Source: Deltaproteobacteria bacterium UBA6601
GTDB taxonomy: Bacteria; Myxococcota_A; UBA796; UBA9615
Reading direction: 5' to 3'
NCBI GenBank assembly: GCA_002433485.1
Contig: DJIF01000084.1
Location: forward strand, 61,286-125,285
DNA length: 64,000 nt
Part shown: one piece after another, positions 41,174-51,064 of the stretch
Layout of the letters: each line of letters starts with the position of its first letter
Numbering within the stretch: the stretch's first letter is position 1
Position numbers and translations under genes: made by a program
Notes under the pieces: model-generated
Databases searched by the model: none
What the model saw: only the letters and a program-made list of their open reading frames with translations
Told to the model about the DNA's origin: nothing

Positions 41174-42052
41174 CTAGGGATACAGCAAGGAAAGGATGTC
41201 AGTGATTCGCTGACGCAGTTCCCTGCGGTCGACAACCTGATCGACCATGCCATGATCAAGCAAAAACTCGCTGCGCTGAAAGCCCTCTGGCAGCACCTCA
41301 CGAATGGTCTGCTCAATGACCCGAGGGCCAGCAAAACCGATGAGCGCCTTGGGCTCAGCCAGGATCACATCACCCAGCATCGCGAAGGAGGCCGCTACAC
41401 CGCCGGTGGTGGGATGAGTTAAGAGCGATATATAGGGGACACCCTCGTCTCGAAGACGCCCCAGCACCGCTGTGCTTCGCGCCATCTGCATGAGCGACAA
41501 AACGCCCTCCTGCATGCGCGCGCCGCCCGATGAGTTAATGCAGATCACGGGTATCTTTTCCGCCAGAGCCAGCTCAAACAGCCGCGTCACTTTCTCGCCA
41601 ACCACCGAACCCATGGATCCACCCATAAAGGAGAATAAAAAGGTTCCAATGGCGATGGGTCGCCCACCAAGCCGGGCACGGCCATACATAAAGGCCGACT
41701 TACGAGAGGTCTTGGCCACCGAGGCCTTGAGCCGATCCGCGTAGGACTTGCTGTCGACAAAGCCCAGCGGGTCTTCTGAGGTCAACTCAAGGTCAAGCTC
41801 CTCGAAGCTGCCCTCATCAACCAACAACATCAAGCGCTCCTCACCACCAATCCGATGATGATGACCACAACTTGCACAGACCATCCCGGCCCGGACCAGC
41901 TCTTCGGTCCGCAGGTATTCGGCGCAGCCGTCACACTTGTGCCAAAGACCTGACACCGCTTCAGAGCTTTCGCGTTCGGTCTGGGGCACCGGCCCGCCCC
42001 GCTCTCGATGGAACCAGGCTCCTCCGCTCCCCTGATCACTCTGCTCAGACAT
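41174..42052 (-). CDS. accD: Acetyl-CoA carboxylase carboxyltransferase beta
   Basis: C4 zinc finger (CDGC..CASC), FMGGSMG, SGGARMQEG, PTTGGV and GFAGPRVI. Confidence 0.97.
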   Translation of the reverse strand: MSEQSDQGSGGAWFHRERGGPVPQTERESSEAVSGLWHKCDGCAEYLRTEELVRAGMVCASCGHHHRIGGEERLMLLVDEGSFEELDLELTSEDPLGFVDSKSYADRLKASVAKTSRKSAFMYGRARLGGRPIAIGTFLFSFMGGSMGSVVGEKVTRLFELALAEKIPVICINSSGGARMQEGVLSLMQMARSTAVLGRLRDEGVPYISLLTHPTTGGVAASFAMLGDVILAEPKALIGFAGPRVIEQTIREVLPEGFQRSEFLLDHGMVDQVVDRRELRQRITDILSLLYP

Positions 42053-42105
42053 CGCGCACCTCTTCTCCAATTACCTCACACCCTCTTCTAGCAGTGAGGC
42101 CGCGA

Positions 42106-43179
42106 TTATTGCATCCGGTCGACAAATTCTGCCACCGCATCATGCAACTGGGGCCGAAAGCGACGAATCGCCGCGCCATTGCCGCGCTCCGGGTGCACCC
42201 TGTTACTGAGCAAAACCACCGCAATGGCACGCTCCGGATCTACCCACAGCGAGGTCCCGGTAAAGCCCAGGTGACCATGACTCCGCCGCGACAACTGCTG
42301 GCCGGCTGAAGAGGTCCCACTGCTGACCGTGTCCCAACCCAAGATATGCCCACCAGCGGCAGATCCAGACCAGGCCTGGTCTCGGAGCTCAGCGGGAAGA
42401 AAGGACAACTCAGGAGCCTGCCACCAGGCGCGTGCAAAAGCAGCAACCTGCTCGGCACTGGCAAACAGTCCCGCGTGCGCGGCAACTCCACCCATTGCCC
42501 AGGTATTGTCATCATGAACTTCGCCGCATAGGAGCCCGCGATAAGGACATTGTTCGGTAGCGGCAAAGCGACCCGTAGCAATCCGCTGCAAGGCAGCTGA
42601 TTCACCTCCGTTCACCGGGCGATAGCCCACCTCGACAAGGCCGAGAGGGACCAGTACTTCTTGTTCCATCAGCTCGCGAAACGACCGCCCACTGGCGCGC
42701 TCCAACAGCTCCATCAAGACCAGAAAGCCCACATCCGAATAGCAATGTCGACTGCCCGGGGGCGCTTCAAGAGGCTCCAGCAGCGCCGCCTCCCGCACCG
42801 GAACGGAAGACTCAAAGTAAGGTCTCCAGGCAGGTAGACCACTGCGATGCTCAAGGAGATTGCGCAGAGTCACACCGCGCAACTGCTGCCCTTGGGGGGC
42901 CAGCACATGCGAGACGTCCACATCAAGCTCCAAGACCTCTGCAGCGACCAGGCGCAAACTCAGGGTCGCCGAGAACAGCTTGGTCAGCGAGGCTATGTCA
43001 AACAGAGTGCTGGGCTGCATAGCTGGTCCTGAAGGCAGGCTACTGACGCGACCCACGGCGAGCTCAAGCAAGGCTCCCGTACCCCGGAGCCCCTCAACCC
43101 GCAGTACCGCACCAGAAAACACCCCCTCCTTAGCGCCGCGCTGGAGCAGGGCCTCGACCGCAGCATAGCTAGCGGACAA
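42106..43179 (-). CDS. Serine hydrolase (beta-lactamase/PBP-like fold)
   Basis: FDIASLTK (SxxK), LLEHRSGL, YSDVGF, GEVHDDN and HLGFTGTS. Start uncertain (TTG 43179 with GAGG). Confidence 0.85.
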   Translation of the reverse strand: MSASYAAVEALLQRGAKEGVFSGAVLRVEGLRGTGALLELAVGRVSSLPSGPAMQPSTLFDIASLTKLFSATLSLRLVAAEVLELDVDVSHVLAPQGQQLRGVTLRNLLEHRSGLPAWRPYFESSVPVREAALLEPLEAPPGSRHCYSDVGFLVLMELLERASGRSFRELMEQEVLVPLGLVEVGYRPVNGGESAALQRIATGRFAATEQCPYRGLLCGEVHDDNTWAMGGVAAHAGLFASAEQVAAFARAWWQAPELSFLPAELRDQAWSGSAAGGHILGWDTVSSGTSSAGQQLSRRSHGHLGFTGTSLWVDPERAIAVVLLSNRVHPERGNGAAIRRFRPQLHDAVAEFVDRMQ

Positions 43180-44113
43180 GCGGTGCCTCGCGAAACTCAA
43201 CCAGCCCCTGGCCAGCGTCCATGCGGACCCGCGTTCCCACCGGAAACGCAAGATTCGGCTCGCCGTGCCCAAATGACAGGCCGGCGACTACCGGAATGGG
43301 CAGGTTACGAAACACCCGATCTGCAGCGTCTCGCCAGCTGGGCTCGCCAGCCGGCTCATCACAGCCGACAAAATCACCGAGCACGACCCCCTCGACCCCG
43401 GCAAACAAACCGCTCTGGTGGAGCTGGGTAAGGAGACGATCTATCCGATAGGGGCGCTCGCCTACATCTTCCAAAAACAGCACTGCTCCTCGCGTATCGG
43501 GTTGTAGCGGAGTGCCGCACAGCGCGGCCAGTAAGGACAAGGATCCTCCCAAGACCCTTCCGCTCGCAACCCCCGGGGACAGGCACCAACCGTGAGCATC
43601 GTCGAGGGCGCTCCTCATGGAGCTTGGCTTTTGGTCACTGCGAAGCAGCTCACGAAGGCGCTGAGCGCCCGCCTCATCGCTCCCCTTCCCCAAGGCTCCA
43701 ACCATAGGACCGTGAAAGCTGGCCATCCCCACTTCGCTGTACAACCACTGCAGCAGCACTGTCAGGTCCGAGCAGCCAACAACGACCTTTGGATGGGCCC
43801 GCACCAGCTCAGCATCCAGCAGGGGCAGCAAAGTAGTCAGCCCATAGCCGCCCCGCACCGGCAAAATGGCCGCCGCCTCAGCGTCAAGGAAAGCTGCATG
43901 CAGTTCGTCCGCGCGACGCCGGGGCGAACCCGCCAGGTAGTGCCAGGAACTGAAAATGTCATCGGGGACCCGAACTCGATAGCCCCACGACTCAAGAACC
44001 CTCACCCCCGCAGCGAGGTCTTCGCTTTTAAAGGGCGAGGCAGGAGCCACCACTCGAATGACATCACCGTCTTGCAGAGCCCGTGGGCGAATAAGCGTGC
44101 GGTTCTGGGTCAC
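43169..44113 (-). CDS. ldcA: LD-carboxypeptidase (S66)
   Basis: APAS, RGGYG, GCSDLT (catalytic Ser), HGPM, LFLED..E.PY.IDR and FGHG. Confidence 0.9.
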   Translation of the reverse strand: MTQNRTLIRPRALQDGDVIRVVAPASPFKSEDLAAGVRVLESWGYRVRVPDDIFSSWHYLAGSPRRRADELHAAFLDAEAAAILPVRGGYGLTTLLPLLDAELVRAHPKVVVGCSDLTVLLQWLYSEVGMASFHGPMVGALGKGSDEAGAQRLRELLRSDQKPSSMRSALDDAHGWCLSPGVASGRVLGGSLSLLAALCGTPLQPDTRGAVLFLEDVGERPYRIDRLLTQLHQSGLFAGVEGVVLGDFVGCDEPAGEPSWRDAADRVFRNLPIPVVAGLSFGHGEPNLAFPVGTRVRMDAGQGLVEFREAPLVR

Positions 44114-44139
44114 TGTTCCAACCCCCGGTTAAGATGTAG

Positions 44140-44216
44140 TGGCGCTCCCGGCAGGATTCGAACCTGCGGCCCTTCGCTTAGGAGGCGAATGCTCTATCCT
44201 GCTGAGCTACGGGAGC
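44140..44216 (-). tRNA. tRNA-Arg(CCT)
   Basis: 77 nt. Acceptor GCTCCCG/CGGGAGC, anticodon arm TTCGC-CTCCTAA-GCGAA, T arm GCAGG-TTCGAAT-CCTGC, encoded CCA. Confidence 0.97.
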
Positions 44217-44366
44217 CTGGTTCCACACTTCTGGCCGGCAAGCCTCGCCCACTTGGAAGCAGATTGCAAGGGGGTGAAGGGGGCTCGGGCAGGGCTTGCG
44301 CCTTGACCCCGTTTCAGCAGGGTGCTAGCTCTCAGTGCAGCGGTTTCAACCTTCGGAGAAGAGCCG

Positions 44367-45518
44367 ATGAAGCGACTCAAAGACACTTCCTGCGGCGCCC
44401 TTCGGCACTGCCTAAGCCTGACGCTGTTGCTGTTCAGCAGCGGCTGCAACTGTAGCGACCAGACCGTCGCCGAGCCGCCCCCGGATCCAACCCCTGCACC
44501 TAGCTACAACCGGGGCTTCTACGTTGACATGGCACTGGACAGCGCGGGCAACCCATGGCTCGCCTACCAGGACCGCGACACCACCGCACTGGCCATAGCC
44601 CAGGGCAGCGGTGAACCAATTCAGTTCAGCCACCAGACCATAGACGGTGAAGGCGAAGTACAAGGTGGGCTGCTGATCGGCAACTTTGACGGGGGCTATT
44701 ACGCCTCCATCGCTCTTGATGCTGGAGACGTGCCGCACGTCGCCCACTGGGACCAAGAAGGTGGGAGACTGCGCTATGGCACCAACTCCGGCGAAGGCTG
44801 GGAATTCACCACCGTCGAAACCGGAAATGTCGGTCAGTTCGCCAGCATCGGCCTGCGCCAGGGCGAACCGATTATTGCCTACTACGACTACGGCGCCCAG
44901 ACACTTAAGGTAGCCCACCGCAGTGAGGGCAGCTGGGAGCTGGAGGTCGTGGATGAAGGCGATGGCAGCACCACTTCAGGCTGCGGCAAATACGCAGACC
45001 TATTGGTTGGCGAGAATGGAACCGTCTACATCGCCTACCACGACGCTGCAGCGGGTGAACTGAAGGTCGCGAGCGGGACCCCTGGGAGCTGGGTTCTGCA
45101 GAGCTGGTTCGCAAGCGAGACCGGCCCAACCGGCCTGTGGCCCGACATCAGCCAACAGGGCGGCAGTCTCTATGTCTCCTTTCAGGACCAGAGCGAGGGG
45201 GCCGGTGGGCTGATGTTTGGGCGCTGGACCGGCTCCGAGCTGGACGCCACCTCCGTACATGCCGGCGAATTTATCGGCGCCGACTCAGCAACCGCATGGT
45301 CTGGGTCCAACCCGCTGATCATGTACCACGATGGTGTCAACAACGACGCACTGCTAGCTACCAACAGCGGCGCTGGCTGGACCCACAGCGTACACCGCAG
45401 TGAAGGGGCCCACGGGTTCCACAACACGCTCATCGTGGGCAGCAACGGCCAGCTCAACTGGGCGGCCTTCAACCACACCAGTACAGACATCGAGTTCGAG
45501 CGTTTCTCGGCCCCCTGA
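44367..45518 (+). CDS. Lipoprotein with ~7 repeated beta-propeller-like blades
   Basis: LLFSSGC lipobox. Repeats: DMALDSAGNPWLAYQD, SIALDAGDVPHVAHWD, SIGLRQGEPIIAYYD, DLLVGENGTVYIAYHD, DISQQGGSLYVSFQD and others. Confidence 0.7.
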   Translation: MKRLKDTSCGALRHCLSLTLLLFSSGCNCSDQTVAEPPPDPTPAPSYNRGFYVDMALDSAGNPWLAYQDRDTTALAIAQGSGEPIQFSHQTIDGEGEVQGGLLIGNFDGGYYASIALDAGDVPHVAHWDQEGGRLRYGTNSGEGWEFTTVETGNVGQFASIGLRQGEPIIAYYDYGAQTLKVAHRSEGSWELEVVDEGDGSTTSGCGKYADLLVGENGTVYIAYHDAAAGELKVASGTPGSWVLQSWFASETGPTGLWPDISQQGGSLYVSFQDQSEGAGGLMFGRWTGSELDATSVHAGEFIGADSATAWSGSNPLIMYHDGVNNDALLATNSGAGWTHSVHRSEGAHGFHNTLIVGSNGQLNWAAFNHTSTDIEFERFSAP

Positions 45519-45537
45519 TTCGGCCCAGGACATCACC

Positions 45538-46089
45538 GTGACCGCGTCGAGAAGCAGCCACTGGCAGTTGGCCTTTGGCCTGGGCATGGTGCTGGCCCTT
45601 AACAGCCCTCTCATGCTCGCCTGCGCGAGCTTGGGCGGCGCAAGCGCCAGTAAACCACGGCTCAAGATGAGCCGGGCTGAGGCCCTTAAGGATGACCTCG
45701 ACGGCGACCAGGTGCCCGACCGCTTTGACCAGTGCCCCGGCCAGAGAGAAGACCTCGACTCCTTCCAGGATGACGACGGGTGCCCGGAATTGGACAACGA
45801 CCAGGATATGATCCCGGATGTCTATGACCGGTGCCCAGCGGAGAAAGAAGACATTGACGGCTACAATGATGGCGATGGCTGTCCGGACTGGGACAACGAC
45901 CAGGACCGCATCGCCGATCACCTGGACGCCTGCCCCTTTGACGCTGAAGACTACGACGGATTCGAGGACCTCGGAGGATGCCCCGATGACGATAACGACA
46001 AAGACGGCATCCTCGACAAAGACGACCGCTGTCCCATGAAACCAGAAACCTATAATCGTCGCCGGGATCGGGACGGCTGTCCGGACTAA
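45538..46089 (+). CDS. Small exported TSP3-repeat protein
   Basis: Hydrophobic N-terminus ending LMLAC and four 33-aa TSP3-like units; ends DGCPD-stop. Start uncertain. Confidence 0.75.
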   Translation: MTASRSSHWQLAFGLGMVLALNSPLMLACASLGGASASKPRLKMSRAEALKDDLDGDQVPDRFDQCPGQREDLDSFQDDDGCPELDNDQDMIPDVYDRCPAEKEDIDGYNDGDGCPDWDNDQDRIADHLDACPFDAEDYDGFEDLGGCPDDDNDKDGILDKDDRCPMKPETYNRRRDRDGCPD

Positions 46090-46122
46090 ACTGAGACAGA
46101 GTCCCCGAGCCGCCAGGACCCG

Positions 46123-48108
46123 CTAGTCGAAGCTGTTACTGATCTCTTCAGAGACCAGCATTTCTTCATTGCCGTAGTTGCGGACAATCACCTCGCAGTT
46201 ACTCGCCTCCCCCGCTTCGCACCAGCAGTCTCGCCGTTCCTTCCACACTCCGTACTTGAGGCCGTCCCGATAGGTCCCCTTACTGCAGACCTGAGCGCGA
46301 TTGCGAGAGGTCCAGCTACCGCGACTCGCCATCCCCGACGGATCGCAGGAGTAATAGCGCGGGCCTGGACGACTGGACCACTCACCGTGCTTGCGCCCCT
46401 CTTTATAGCTACCCTTCTCGACCCACCAGCCACACTGGGCGTCGTAGCGCTCAAAACTGCCGTGCTTCTGCCCCGCTGCATACATCTGCTTGCTTTCAAG
46501 GGTGCTGAAGGGAATCCCGGCATCGCGCTGCTCGGGTTCTCGGTAGGTCGTCCAGCGCCCTTCCCGCAGATCACTCTTGAAGCTGCCTTCCTCGCGCGGC
46601 TCTCCAGACAAGTGGTAGCTGGCGTAGGGACCTTCCTTTAGCCCCTGCTTCCACTGCACCGTGCTCTTGGGCACACCGCCCTCCTGCCAATAGGAAAACT
46701 CGCCATCCTTCAGCAGACTTCCTACCCGCGTGCTGGTTCCCCAGAGGTAGGTGCCACGACCGGTGCGAGCGCCCTTCTCATCCCAGCTCTGCCATAGCAG
46801 ATGGGTCTCTCCCTGAAGCGGTGCGATCTCCTCGCTGAGCTGACCGATCTCATACCAACTGCGCTGCCAGACCAGCCTCCCTGCGGCATCGTAGTCCGCT
46901 GATTTACGCTTATTTCCCGACTCAAACCAACGCCGCTCCTCGACCAGAAAACCGCCTTTGTAGGAGAGCCTCTCCACCAGGGTTCCGGCCACCGACCAGC
47001 GCTGACTGATCAACCGGCGAGGGTCAAGGAGATCACGGTGCTCACGACTCACCTCAACCTGTTTTAGTTCGCCAGTCGAGGTCCGAACGACCAGCACGAC
47101 TGCGGTCCCAACCTCGCCCTGCAAGGCTCCATAGACAAGCTCCTGATCGGGCCCATCGGGGAGTTGCCATTCGCCGATGGAAACCAGCTCATCGCCAGGC
47201 CGCAGCCCCGCTGTCGCTCCCGGCCCACCATGCACCACTGAAGCCACCTGCAACCGCTCCCCAAACAGCAGTTCAATCCCCGGGCTCCCCACCGTCGTGG
47301 CTGGCCAGACGGTGGCCGCAACCTGTGGATCATAGTTAAGCCGTCGAGTCTGCGCGCCATTACGGTCAAAGACCTCATAGCTGAGGATCCGGCCCAATTC
47401 GCCATATTTACGTTTCTCACGAACCGCACCATTGCCGTGAAAAACTGACTCTGCGATCGGATAACCACCGGCATAGCTGGCCAAGGACATCATCTCCCCT
47501 TGATCGTTCCACCGCTTGAGACTGCCGTTTTCTCCCTGTAGCTCTCGAGCCTCCAGGAGCTTCACCCCGTCAAGGTTCCACCGTTCTTCGAGCAACGGGA
47601 CCTCCCCGTCCCAACGTGCCTCAAAGATCTTCTTGCCAAGGCGACCAAAGCGGCTCTCGCGCGCCCTGAGCCCGGCGATGTACTCAATCTCCTGGCTCGG
47701 CAGGCCCTCGTCATCGATCCAGCGATGAACCCCAACCGGAACGCCCTCCTCAAAGCCCTGCTCCACAGCAACATCACCGTTGTTGTGCCAAGCCGTAAGG
47801 GTGCTCCATAGCTCGCCGTTGCGATACTCGGCCCGGGAGCGGGCGCTACCATCAGCAAACCAGGACTCAAAGACTCCCTGTTCGAGCCCATCCTCAAAGT
47901 TGCCAATCTCGGCAACCGCACCGTCAGGATGGAGCTTGCGAAAAGGTCCGTGAGCAGTGCCGTCAGCGCGCTTACAGGCATAGCCCCCAGCAGCGCCACG
48001 GGTCTTCTCTGCACCCTCCGGACAGCTGACAAAGACCCCGCTGCTGCAGCCAGAGATCAGGATCAGAATGCAGCCAAAGCAAAACAACAGGGAGCGATTC
48101 GAGCGCAT
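46123..48108 (-). CDS. Lipoprotein with MORN-variant (YwqK-like) repeats and an internal PDZ domain
   Basis: ILISGC lipobox, repeated G.F..W..G.....G.F..G...G units, and a PDZ-like VASVVHGGPGATAGLRPGDELVSI segment. Confidence 0.8.
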   Translation of the reverse strand: MRSNRSLLFCFGCILILISGCSSGVFVSCPEGAEKTRGAAGGYACKRADGTAHGPFRKLHPDGAVAEIGNFEDGLEQGVFESWFADGSARSRAEYRNGELWSTLTAWHNNGDVAVEQGFEEGVPVGVHRWIDDEGLPSQEIEYIAGLRARESRFGRLGKKIFEARWDGEVPLLEERWNLDGVKLLEARELQGENGSLKRWNDQGEMMSLASYAGGYPIAESVFHGNGAVREKRKYGELGRILSYEVFDRNGAQTRRLNYDPQVAATVWPATTVGSPGIELLFGERLQVASVVHGGPGATAGLRPGDELVSIGEWQLPDGPDQELVYGALQGEVGTAVVLVVRTSTGELKQVEVSREHRDLLDPRRLISQRWSVAGTLVERLSYKGGFLVEERRWFESGNKRKSADYDAAGRLVWQRSWYEIGQLSEEIAPLQGETHLLWQSWDEKGARTGRGTYLWGTSTRVGSLLKDGEFSYWQEGGVPKSTVQWKQGLKEGPYASYHLSGEPREEGSFKSDLREGRWTTYREPEQRDAGIPFSTLESKQMYAAGQKHGSFERYDAQCGWWVEKGSYKEGRKHGEWSSRPGPRYYSCDPSGMASRGSWTSRNRAQVCSKGTYRDGLKYGVWKERRDCWCEAGEASNCEVIVRNYGNEEMLVSEEISNSFD

Positions 48109-48199
48109 ACAGAGCCTCCAGAACCCCCGCAAATCTACCACGCTCAAAGCTTGGGAGGTCGCATCATCAGTCCTGGCCCAGCCAAACAGGGCCCCGCAC

Positions 48200-51064
48200 T
48201 CATCCGCGACGAAGAGCCTCAATGACCCCATCGGCCGTGATCACCTCTGGCAGGGGGATGGTCTGCTGAGCGCGGTCAGCTGGAATGACCAGGTAAAAAG
48301 GAACTCCCGCTTTGCCATAGCGCTTCAGCCAGCGAGTAATCACTGGATCCTTGCGGGTCCAATCGGCCTTCATGGGCACGACTCCCAGCTCGTCCATAGC
48401 TGAGCGCACCCGCGCAGTCTCGAGGATGCTGCGCTCGTTAACCTTGCAGGTGAGGCACCAATCGGCGGTGAAATCCACAAAGACCGTACGTCCAGCCAGT
48501 TCATCAAGGCGCTGCTCGGCAAAGGGCAACCAGGGGATCGCCTCGCTGAAGTCGAGGTCATCCACTGCCACTTCAGCGCCCTGAACGCCCGGCTCTTCAG
48601 CCATCTCCAGATCAAGAAAGGCCCAGGCACCGACAGCGGCGATGAGCAAAGCGGCGGCCAGGGCCAGCAGCTGACTCTGGATGCTACGGGTCGGCGCACC
48701 CCAACGACCAAAGACCCAGGCGCTCATGGACAGCACCAGGAGAACTGCAAGAAACCCAATGCCTCGTTCCGATCCGATCTGGGCCATCAACACATCGACC
48801 AGCCACAAGGTGGTAGCAACCAGAGTGAACCCCATCAACTGCTTGAAGGCATCCATCCATGCGCCGGGACGGGGCAAGAAACGATACAGAGCAGGCACCA
48901 TGGCAATCGCGAGGAAGGGCGCCGCCAGCCCCAATCCGGCAACCGCGAAGAACAGGACCACTCCAGCGGTGGGTAGGGAGAAAGCAAAGCCCATACCCGT
49001 CCCGAGGAAGGGAGCGCTGCATGGAGTCGCCAGCAGGGTAGCGAAGACCCCAGTAAGGAAATAGCCGCTCGCGCCCTCCTGCGCCGAAGCCTCTGCGGCC
49101 CGATTAGCCCCCAGAGCGGGAACCTCAAAGACACCAAACAACGAGAGCCCAAACAGCCAGACAATGGCGGCAAGGCCGGCCACGTAGGCTGGATACTGAA
49201 ATTGAAAGCCCCACAGCACCTGCTGATCGAAGGAGACTCGCAGGACCACCACCGCCAACGCAAGCAACAGGAAGGAAGCGACAATCCCAGCGCTATAGGA
49301 AATCCCAGCTGTCCTGCGTTCACTCGCCGAGATGTCCCGCTGCTCTACCAGGGAGTACAGCTTCATGGTCAACACGGGCAGGACACAGGGCATGATGTTG
49401 AGCAACATCCCGCCCACAAAGGCAAGCAGCAGCATCCACAACAGCCCCCCTTCAGCGGGCGTCGGCGTGGGAACCGCTGCTGATATGGGCGCCGAACCGT
49501 CATGACCGCCCGGGCTCTGCGGCGCGTCACCACTCACCCCAGCAGCAACCACCTCATCGGCGCTCTCCTGCTCACTCCCCTTAGCGGCAAAAAGCCCCGA
49601 ATCAGAACGCGCAACCTGTTCACCTTGCCTGGCCCAGGGCACTGGAACGGTGACCTCAGTTCGAACCCACTCGCCATCAACCAGAAGTTGGAAGAGACCA
49701 CCGAGCAGCTGTCCTGCGGGGAGCTCTTCGCCCTCCTCAAGGGGAAAGGCCTCCGCCTCCATCTTCACCAATAAAGATCCGTCATCCTGGTTAGTTAACG
49801 AATACTCAGAAACAAAACCATTTAAGCTTGAGATGGGCGTAAAAGCTGGCCAGGTAGCAACCGACTGCGGCGCTTCTAGCTGCACACCTGCGGCAGGAAC
49901 CACCCGAACTGCGGCCTGAAAGGGCTGCTCTGGGCGCACCGCTGAGACCGAAAGAAGCGCCTCAAAGGCGAGCTTCGAGACGTCCAAAGCGGCAACCGGA
50001 TGCTGCTTGCTGAAGTGCTGAAAGAGAGGCGATCGGGGCCCGGGCAATGGCTGGCCCGGCGGGTCGGAAACAACATTAATTCTATGCTTTAAATGTGCCT
50101 TTCCAGGTATGCAACTTGTTTCACATACTAACCAGTTAACTTCAGCTGAAAGCTCAACTAAACCAGGCTCCTGATCTGGAGGAATACTGACTTCCGAGAA
50201 GAACATCACCTGATCGTCGTAACCGTAGGAGACGATCCCCTCCTGATCGAAGCGCAGCGGTACCGGAAACTCAAAAGCTTCAGCGGTCCAACCTGCTGGC
50301 AACGACCAGTCAATTCGAGTTGGCAGGCCGATGTCGCCGGGCGACTTCCAATAGGTGTGCCAACCTTCCTTCTGCTCCAGGTGAACGGCAAGCCTGAAGC
50401 TACTGCCCGGGTCGAAACTGCCCTGTTCCGCAAACAGGCGGGCCTTTACCGGATGCTCTTTACCCTCATCATCGATCTCCTGATAGGTGGAGGCTGACTC
50501 AAGATCGGCGAAAGAAACTGCTGGAACAGGCGGGGTCGTGAGGGCCGGAGGACCGCCACGCGGCGCTGTCTGAGCAGGAGCCACCCGGATGGGAATGATG
50601 AGCTCCTGTCGAGCCGGGAACAAGCAATAATTCTTGGGCGCGTTGCAGCCCTGCCAGCGAGCCTCCAGGCGCAACTGATGGACACCCGGCTGAAGAGCTC
50701 GGGGGGAGCGAAGCTGAAGTAATACGTCGAAAGACGTCGCGTAGATCTCACGCTCTTTGTCACTGATCCGGTCGAACTTCCTGTCACCCTTAGGGAAAGT
50801 TGCCTCAGAGACCTCCAAACCAGCGGCATCGACCACCCGCACCGACGACATGTCACGGTAGATAAAGTGATCTTTAAAGACCTGATAGCGAAGCTTCAGA
50901 TCTCCTTCACCACCCTGCTCGACAACCAACGGGCCATCTAAGGCAACAACTGCAAAGGGCTTCTCGGCATCGATTGCATGAGCTGGCGACCCACAAAGCA
51001 GGGCCAGAGCCAACAAACTGAAGGCCAGCCATGACCGCGGATGAATCTGCAAGCTCTCAATCAT
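48200..51064 (-). CDS. dsbD: Protein-disulfide reductase DsbD family with two N-terminal alpha domains
   Basis: HFIYRD..QGCNAPKNYC, HTYWKSPG..VCETSCIPG, TM PCVLP and PCSAP, thioredoxin FTADWCLTC. Confidence 0.9.
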   Translation of the reverse strand: MIESLQIHPRSWLAFSLLALALLCGSPAHAIDAEKPFAVVALDGPLVVEQGGEGDLKLRYQVFKDHFIYRDMSSVRVVDAAGLEVSEATFPKGDRKFDRISDKEREIYATSFDVLLQLRSPRALQPGVHQLRLEARWQGCNAPKNYCLFPARQELIIPIRVAPAQTAPRGGPPALTTPPVPAVSFADLESASTYQEIDDEGKEHPVKARLFAEQGSFDPGSSFRLAVHLEQKEGWHTYWKSPGDIGLPTRIDWSLPAGWTAEAFEFPVPLRFDQEGIVSYGYDDQVMFFSEVSIPPDQEPGLVELSAEVNWLVCETSCIPGKAHLKHRINVVSDPPGQPLPGPRSPLFQHFSKQHPVAALDVSKLAFEALLSVSAVRPEQPFQAAVRVVPAAGVQLEAPQSVATWPAFTPISSLNGFVSEYSLTNQDDGSLLVKMEAEAFPLEEGEELPAGQLLGGLFQLLVDGEWVRTEVTVPVPWARQGEQVARSDSGLFAAKGSEQESADEVVAAGVSGDAPQSPGGHDGSAPISAAVPTPTPAEGGLLWMLLLAFVGGMLLNIMPCVLPVLTMKLYSLVEQRDISASERRTAGISYSAGIVASFLLLALAVVVLRVSFDQQVLWGFQFQYPAYVAGLAAIVWLFGLSLFGVFEVPALGANRAAEASAQEGASGYFLTGVFATLLATPCSAPFLGTGMGFAFSLPTAGVVLFFAVAGLGLAAPFLAIAMVPALYRFLPRPGAWMDAFKQLMGFTLVATTLWLVDVLMAQIGSERGIGFLAVLLVLSMSAWVFGRWGAPTRSIQSQLLALAAALLIAAVGAWAFLDLEMAEEPGVQGAEVAVDDLDFSEAIPWLPFAEQRLDELAGRTVFVDFTADWCLTCKVNERSILETARVRSAMDELGVVPMKADWTRKDPVITRWLKRYGKAGVPFYLVIPADRAQQTIPLPEVITADGVIEALRRG

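Noticed and set aside
42106-43179. Beta-lactamase resistance gene
   Set aside because: It has no signal peptide and lies next to ldcA, which fits a cytoplasmic serine hydrolase better.
44140-44216. tRNA-Arg as the attachment site of a genomic island
   Set aside because: No integrase and no duplicated tRNA 3' end were found, and flanking composition is similar.
46123-48108. Toxin-antitoxin antitoxin (YwqK label)
   Set aside because: It has a lipoprotein signal and a PDZ domain, and no adjacent toxin.
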